This document shows positions 59,300 through 64,000 of a DNA stretch of 64,000 nucleotides, one piece after another; the stretch's first letter is position 1, and each line of letters starts with the position of its first letter. A program made the translations under genes and the position numbers. Source of the DNA: Mactra antiquata (lineage: Eukaryota); NCBI GenBank assembly GCA_047288015.1, contig CM103819.1, positions 32,689,354 to 32,753,353 of the forward strand, given 5' to 3'. The notes beneath the pieces are model-generated. The model worked only from the letters and a program-made list of their open reading frames with translations. It ran no database searches and was not told the DNA's origin.

Positions 59300-59585
59300 A
59301 TGTCTTTATAAGTCCCAGGTCTGTGGCGCAGGGGTAACGCGTAGGTTTTCAAATCTAGTATCCCGGAGGGGTTGATGATTCGAAACCCACCTGAGCTGGT
59401 TATAGCCTTCCAAGAAAATTCAACCATAATATCTATTTTCCTCCATAAATAAGATTTATGTAAAAGTTGTCGGCCTTGCGGAATGGTAGATGAGTACTAG
59501 TTATAGACAAGGGCCAGGAAAGCTGGGTTAGGTGCGCTGACCGCCGTAAAATGACGATAATTTGTATTAACATGGCGTTAAGCCA
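59300..59585 (+). mobile_element. SINE family B copy (plus orientation)
   Basis: GGTCTGTGGCGCAGGGGTAACGCGTAGG..GGTTGATGATTCGAAACCC head; body is the reverse complement of TTGGATTTAATGCC...CCTTCCACAAGG units. Confidence 0.6.
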
Positions 59586-59630
59586 AATCAATCAAGCAAT
59601 CATGTCTTTATAAAGTCAATGAAGTGTATA

Positions 59631-59777
59631 CACTGTAACCTGCGAAATCAGGAATCCACTGAATTCTTGACGAAGTTTGCTCCTAATGCGGGCTTTCAAA
59701 TGCAAATGAACTTACGAAACTTGTAAAATCAGAGCTTTCTGGTCAGTCCAAAGTGTCCAAATTCTCAGGTTTCATTG
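59631..59777. mobile_element. Diverged/truncated copy of the same MITE family
   Basis: CACTGTAACCTGCGAAATCAGG ... TCTCAGGTTTCATTG, flanked by TA. A further internal fragment lies at ~61860-61990. Confidence 0.45.
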
Positions 59778-60256
59778 TATTGAAGTTGATACAGTTGGGA
59801 CATTTATTCTTGTCTTTGATTCGTTTTGAATCAAGAAAGTCTAATTCAGTTGATACAGTACATGAAGTCAGCCCACACCTTTAACCATATTTTCTCACAT
59901 TTACTTTACAAGAAAGTATTAATGAAGGTATAAGATGTAGTATTACTGGTCAATCTAATTTTTGTATTTAATTTCATGGATTTATGATTTATAACAAATG
60001 ATTAATTTATTCTGTAATGTAGCTTAATCCAAGATTTAGAACTGTAGCCAAATTTTGTTAATAATTTACGCTTGATTACTACTGCTGGTGTTAACTCAAT
60101 TAATTCTGTAGGTTCATGCAAATGTCATATTTGTTATTATACAATGACTAGCACTAAGCTAAACAACCTTGAAAATAATGAAACAAATTTTAAAAAATGA
60201 AGTAAAAAATCACTAGTTGTAGTCAATTTATTATTAATATTTTCCAACATTTTCAG

Positions 60257-61402
60257 GTGATGACCAAAAGTCAAGAAACTGGACTTTCAGTAGACAATAT
60301 GCCGGAAATTCCCGACTACTCGGCGAACTATGACGGATACGCTCGACTATCACCGGCATTCATCGAGCCAGTCTTCGAAGATCCATACCGATGTCCGGTA
60401 TCCACTCCAACCGTCTCCCGGCAACACAGTTCCACTAATTTCCGCCATACACAGGGACCATTTATTGCTTTCACTAGCTTGAACAGAAGTCTTCAAATAC
60501 CCAATCATATTTCAACACCAAAACATTCTAAATATAGAAATGTCAAAACGAGGCCGGTCGCCAAACCACAGAAAAAGAATTTTGATTGTTATTTTGTTAA
60601 AAATGTTGACAAAAATATTCACATAGACGCACAGACGCATGGATCAACATGGCTGAATACATTATGTGCCCAACCAGTTGACGAAATATTCGGTAAATAT
60701 AAACGCAAGTCTGAAGTGAATTATCTCTCCCGCCAGACGCCGAGAAGCAAGAATTCAACACCTGGCGAGAAAGCGTTGATGTCTGCATGGTCTAGTAATG
60801 CTTCGAATAGAGGAACCCCTTCTGTTATGTCGAAATCAAATAAATCTATTCCTTTGACAGCGTCCAGGAAAAGTTCTAAATCAGTTTTTGTTGAACCAAA
60901 TGTTCGCGCTGTCGGATTTGACCCCGATCCAGATAGGTTTGTAAATAACATTGGGTTTGCACTAGTTCCGGTGCCTTCCCCTACTGGTTATGACACTGAT
61001 GATGCAACATTTACCATGACGTCATCAAGAGATTCTCCTGTGTTTCAAAGGGTGTTCAGAAATAATTATACTAATCAACCAAATGACGCTGTAATAAACA
61101 ATACATATTACGAACCATACCAGCGAGACAAAAGATTTCCGGAAATTCGTCGCCGGAAGTCGGCATTGTCTCCGACGCGCAGGCGCATTCCACAGGAAGC
61201 CAAAGAAGCGGTTTCAACTTCGGTCACCAACCTTGTCAAACAGGATCTGGAGGAAAGCCCTATACACATCGTTACAATTGGACAAGCATTCCGAAACAGC
61301 CCGGAACCGATAAAGAGCACCCTACCCGTTTCACGACAGTGTTCATATCGTCTGCCTAAATCGCTTTCAATGTCACTTCCGGAATTGCACGGAGCTGGTT
61401 GA
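60257..61402 (+). CDS. Uncharacterised 381-aa single-exon ORF (MMTKSQETGLSVDNMPEIPDYSANYDGYARLSP...), Ser/Thr/Pro/Arg/Asn-rich, probably intrinsically disordered
   Basis: Longest uninterrupted ORF outside the two annotated genes. Noticeably CpG/GC-richer than its surroundings. An acceptor-like TTTTCCAACATTTTCAG lies directly upstream (60240-60256). Basic clusters RRRKSALSPTRRRIP. I recognise no homology. Confidence 0.45.
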   Translation: MMTKSQETGLSVDNMPEIPDYSANYDGYARLSPAFIEPVFEDPYRCPVSTPTVSRQHSSTNFRHTQGPFIAFTSLNRSLQIPNHISTPKHSKYRNVKTRPVAKPQKKNFDCYFVKNVDKNIHIDAQTHGSTWLNTLCAQPVDEIFGKYKRKSEVNYLSRQTPRSKNSTPGEKALMSAWSSNASNRGTPSVMSKSNKSIPLTASRKSSKSVFVEPNVRAVGFDPDPDRFVNNIGFALVPVPSPTGYDTDDATFTMTSSRDSPVFQRVFRNNYTNQPNDAVINNTYYEPYQRDKRFPEIRRRKSALSPTRRRIPQEAKEAVSTSVTNLVKQDLEESPIHIVTIGQAFRNSPEPIKSTLPVSRQCSYRLPKSLSMSLPELHGAG

Positions 61403-62636
61403 CTTTATTTGTCATCAACCGAAGACACTATTTGTGTTTTCATGTTTTATATACATGTACGTACTTAAGTATAATATAATTATTTCATGATACGTTTCTG
61501 GCTTGCTCGACTTAATCATTGAAACTGGAACTTACTTCAAAAGTATACAGTTGTAAAGTTCAGCCATTTAATAACTTACTTTTCGGATGTTACTTTCTAA
61601 GACAAGGAAGCCAACCTGGACGTGTTATTTGTGCCAATATTATACATGTATATGCTACACAGTCTTATACCTTTTTCAGGAAAAAAATTGTTACTTTCGA
61701 TTTGCTTTTTTTAATGTGAACCATTGTAGAGCTAGTAAATGAATGATTACAAAATTGAGCACATTGTTACGATATGCATTTGAAACACTACAGAATAAAA
61801 AGTGCAAATGTCACTATAAATAGATTCTATCACAACACAGTGTGACTATAGATATTTGAACCCATGAGAAATCTGACATCATTTGAATTTCGAATGATTT
61901 TCTCCGTCCAATTTTGGAAGTTCGAAACCCTGAAAAATTCGGACATTTATTAAATCGGTTCACTATTTGTTCGATTCCAAAAATGTTTACTTTCTCAACT
62001 ACATGATGTACACTTTACATATACACGTGTAACAGACATTCATTGGAAGGCACGCTCCGTATATGATATACAGTATATATATATACATGTATATTATTAT
62101 TTGCTTAGTCATGAAATCTGCTTTTTTAAAGAAATACATGAAGGATTAATTTATGTGTTATTTTCTCTCTTTTGCACATAAATCACTGCTGTTATTGTCA
62201 TTAAAGTGTCTTTAATATACTATAAAATGTTTAAAACAAGTCTTCAATAACTCATACCTTTGCATGTGATATATCATAAATTAATGAGTTTAAAATGACT
62301 TGAAATGGGTATTAGCAACTTCGCAAGTCATTATAAATGCATAATAACTAAAATTACATTCCTCCATATGTTTTCTAAGTGACCTGCATTATATTTCAAA
62401 GTAAGATTTATTTTCGTTTGCTTCCATACACTTATTAAAGGCAAAATTTAGGAATAGTGTCGTGACCACGTAACTGATAAGAGCTTTGAACATAGTGATG
62501 ATGGATCAAACAATATATGATTCGAACATGTAACTGCATTCACTCTGGTGCCAGGGGCTCGTTCAGTTCTTGCCCACTAAGCTTACAAAACAGCATATGG
62601 ATTATCAAAGGTTTGAAGCGTACTGGTACCTGCACG

Positions 62637-62756
62637 CGCATCCACATGTGCATGTATGCAGGTATCTGGTTCATGATGGGTACCGATAATAAACATCCAC
62701 ATGTGCATGTATGCAGGTATCTGGTTCATGATGGGTACCGATAATAAACATAACAT
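62637..62756. repeat. ~58-bp tandem duplication
   Basis: CCACATGTGCATGTATGCAGGTATCTGGTTCATGATGGGTACCGATAATAAACAT repeated twice. Confidence 0.7.
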
Positions 62757-63587
62757 TTTGTACTTAACATATAATTGTTTCCATGATGGTATAAAGTTTT
62801 ATAATTCTACCATACATTCTTAAGCAAATCCATGATCGTTACATAGCGTTCAGTCTCAATGTCAGTGGTCGTGCTAAGTCCTAACCCTTGTTCGAGTCTC
62901 TCAAGCTACACTACCTAGAATGTTATGTGTATGTGTATATCCCTTGTCAAATGGATATATGTACCTGTCAACCCATGATTACTAACGGGACAGGTTGTCA
63001 TGGTTTCCAATCTATGCTCTAGAACCTTGCTTACCTCTGGTGTTCTAGATTGACGAATAATTTGTACCGTAGACGAAATAGAAGTATGAACATAAAATTA
63101 TGTATTTTTTATCTATCACATTTTGACAGTTTTCGGTACTTATATAGTCAGCTATATGATTATAACACGCAATTTAACTTTTATTCTAAATTGTGGAAAA
63201 TTGGTTGATTGATATAGGAAATTTTAAATACGTGACACGTTTAGGTTTTTCGACAATATAATGGATCGGTTATTATTTTTTTTAAGTTTAAGAAATTATG
63301 TAAATTGTATTATTTGTCTTTACAAGCATATTACCGCTAACCTTGCTAAATAAATTGTGTTATTTTTTGTAAATTTTCCTATAAATAAATATTTGATTTA
63401 TTTAATTCAAAATTTTCAAAACGAAATTAAAATGCTATTTATTTTGTTAATAAAGAAAATAGGAACTTCAATAATCACGCCTTTGTGTCCTTCATGAATG
63501 GTAGAAATAGCACAACATTTGAGCTGTTCAAAGTACATGTAATTGCACCAAATATTTGTCGGTTAGTAATCTAGACACCGCGAAACC

Positions 63588-63805
63588 TGTCAGACCGTCA
63601 GGCATGTCTGGTAAATTTTCGTCCGGTCTGACAACAATTGCCAGATTGCCTGACTTCATGTCTGGCATATTTTAGACCGTCCAAACCGGAATTTACACTG
63701 GATGATGGGACCGGTCTGACAAGTTTTTTCAGTCTGACAAAAGTTTTAGGCTTGTTAGACCGAAAGTCTGACAGATCCTCTGTCAATTTTGTGGTGTCTG
63801 ACAGT
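63588..63805. promoter_or_regulatory. Dense cluster (>=7 in ~210 bp) of the octamer GTCTGACA/TGTCAGAC, both orientations
   Basis: TGTCAGACCGTCAGG, CCGGTCTGACAACAA, GACCGGTCTGACAAGTT, CAGTCTGACAAAAG, AAGTCTGACAGATCC, GTGTCTGACAGTCCC, GTCTGGCA variants. Contains SMAD-type GTCT/AGAC cores and TGACAG. Confidence 0.4.
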
Positions 63806-64000
63806 CCCGCGTGAAATTCCTTCAGGCACTGTGAATTAGCTTTTATAAACTGTTTTCATATTTATAATGTGACTAACCTACATTTAATCTTTTATTTCTA
63901 AGGGTTGGTTTTCTCAGAGGTAATTTATTTCATTTTTTATCGATGTTGAAAACTTGAGCTCGATTTAACATTTATGTATGAAGTAAACATGTTATTGTAT

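Noticed and set aside
60597-61320. Three minus-strand ORFs (60597..60788, 60721..60951, 61108..61320) inside the 381-aa ORF
   Set aside because: Short antisense frames within a GC-richer region; no start context or homology. The sense ORF is far longer.
1-64000. Prokaryotic-type systems (CRISPR arrays, operons, defence islands)
   Set aside because: The sequence is clearly eukaryotic (spliceosomal introns, SINEs, MITEs); no direct-repeat/spacer arrays or Shine-Dalgarno-led gene clusters are present.

Overview
This is eukaryotic (metazoan) nuclear DNA. It is AT-rich, carries GT-AG introns, and is densely populated with tRNA-derived SINEs and Tc1/mariner-type MITEs. A mollusc-like invertebrate origin is my guess only. 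Two protein-coding genes lie head-to-head. (1) The minus strand (32262 down to <1, continuing past the window start) carries a PARP4 (vault poly-ADP-ribose polymerase) ortholog. I reconstructed 26 coding exons with fully consistent splice phases, encoding BRCT, PARP regulatory/catalytic, VIT and vWA domains. Long stretches are near-identical to human PARP4 as I remember it (e.g. CGFEAFINGKHI, DVFTVSVGNLPP, DDEFVVY, MGNTE). (2) The plus strand (37902-~46547) carries a PNISR (PNN-interacting serine/arginine-rich protein) ortholog with 12 coding exons. It includes the near-invariant KRKTLPAWIREGLEKMEREKQKKLEKE block, poly-Asp tracts and a long RS/poly-Ser C-terminal exon. The ~5.6 kb between the two start codons has acceptor sites just upstream of both ATGs, which suggests 5'UTR exons and a shared bidirectional promoter around 32.7-33.1 kb. 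The most unusual object is a 3.27-kb non-autonomous Tc1/mariner-like element (33675-36948) in this interval. It has 22-bp CAGT TIRs, a TA target site duplication, subterminal CGATACACG repeats, a nested 20-bp inverted-repeat pair, a G19 run and promoter-like motif clusters, but no transposase. Other items: a CpG-rich intronless 381-aa orphan ORF (60257-61402), a THAP-like ORF nested in a PARP4 intron, a dense GTCTGACA motif cluster, several MITE families with TA TSDs, a foldback element, three SINE families (some with internal tandem duplications) and coding microsatellites. No prokaryotic-style features (CRISPR, operons) are present. All coordinates were derived by hand from the sequence; identities rest on my recollection of human PARP4/PNISR protein sequences, not a database search.
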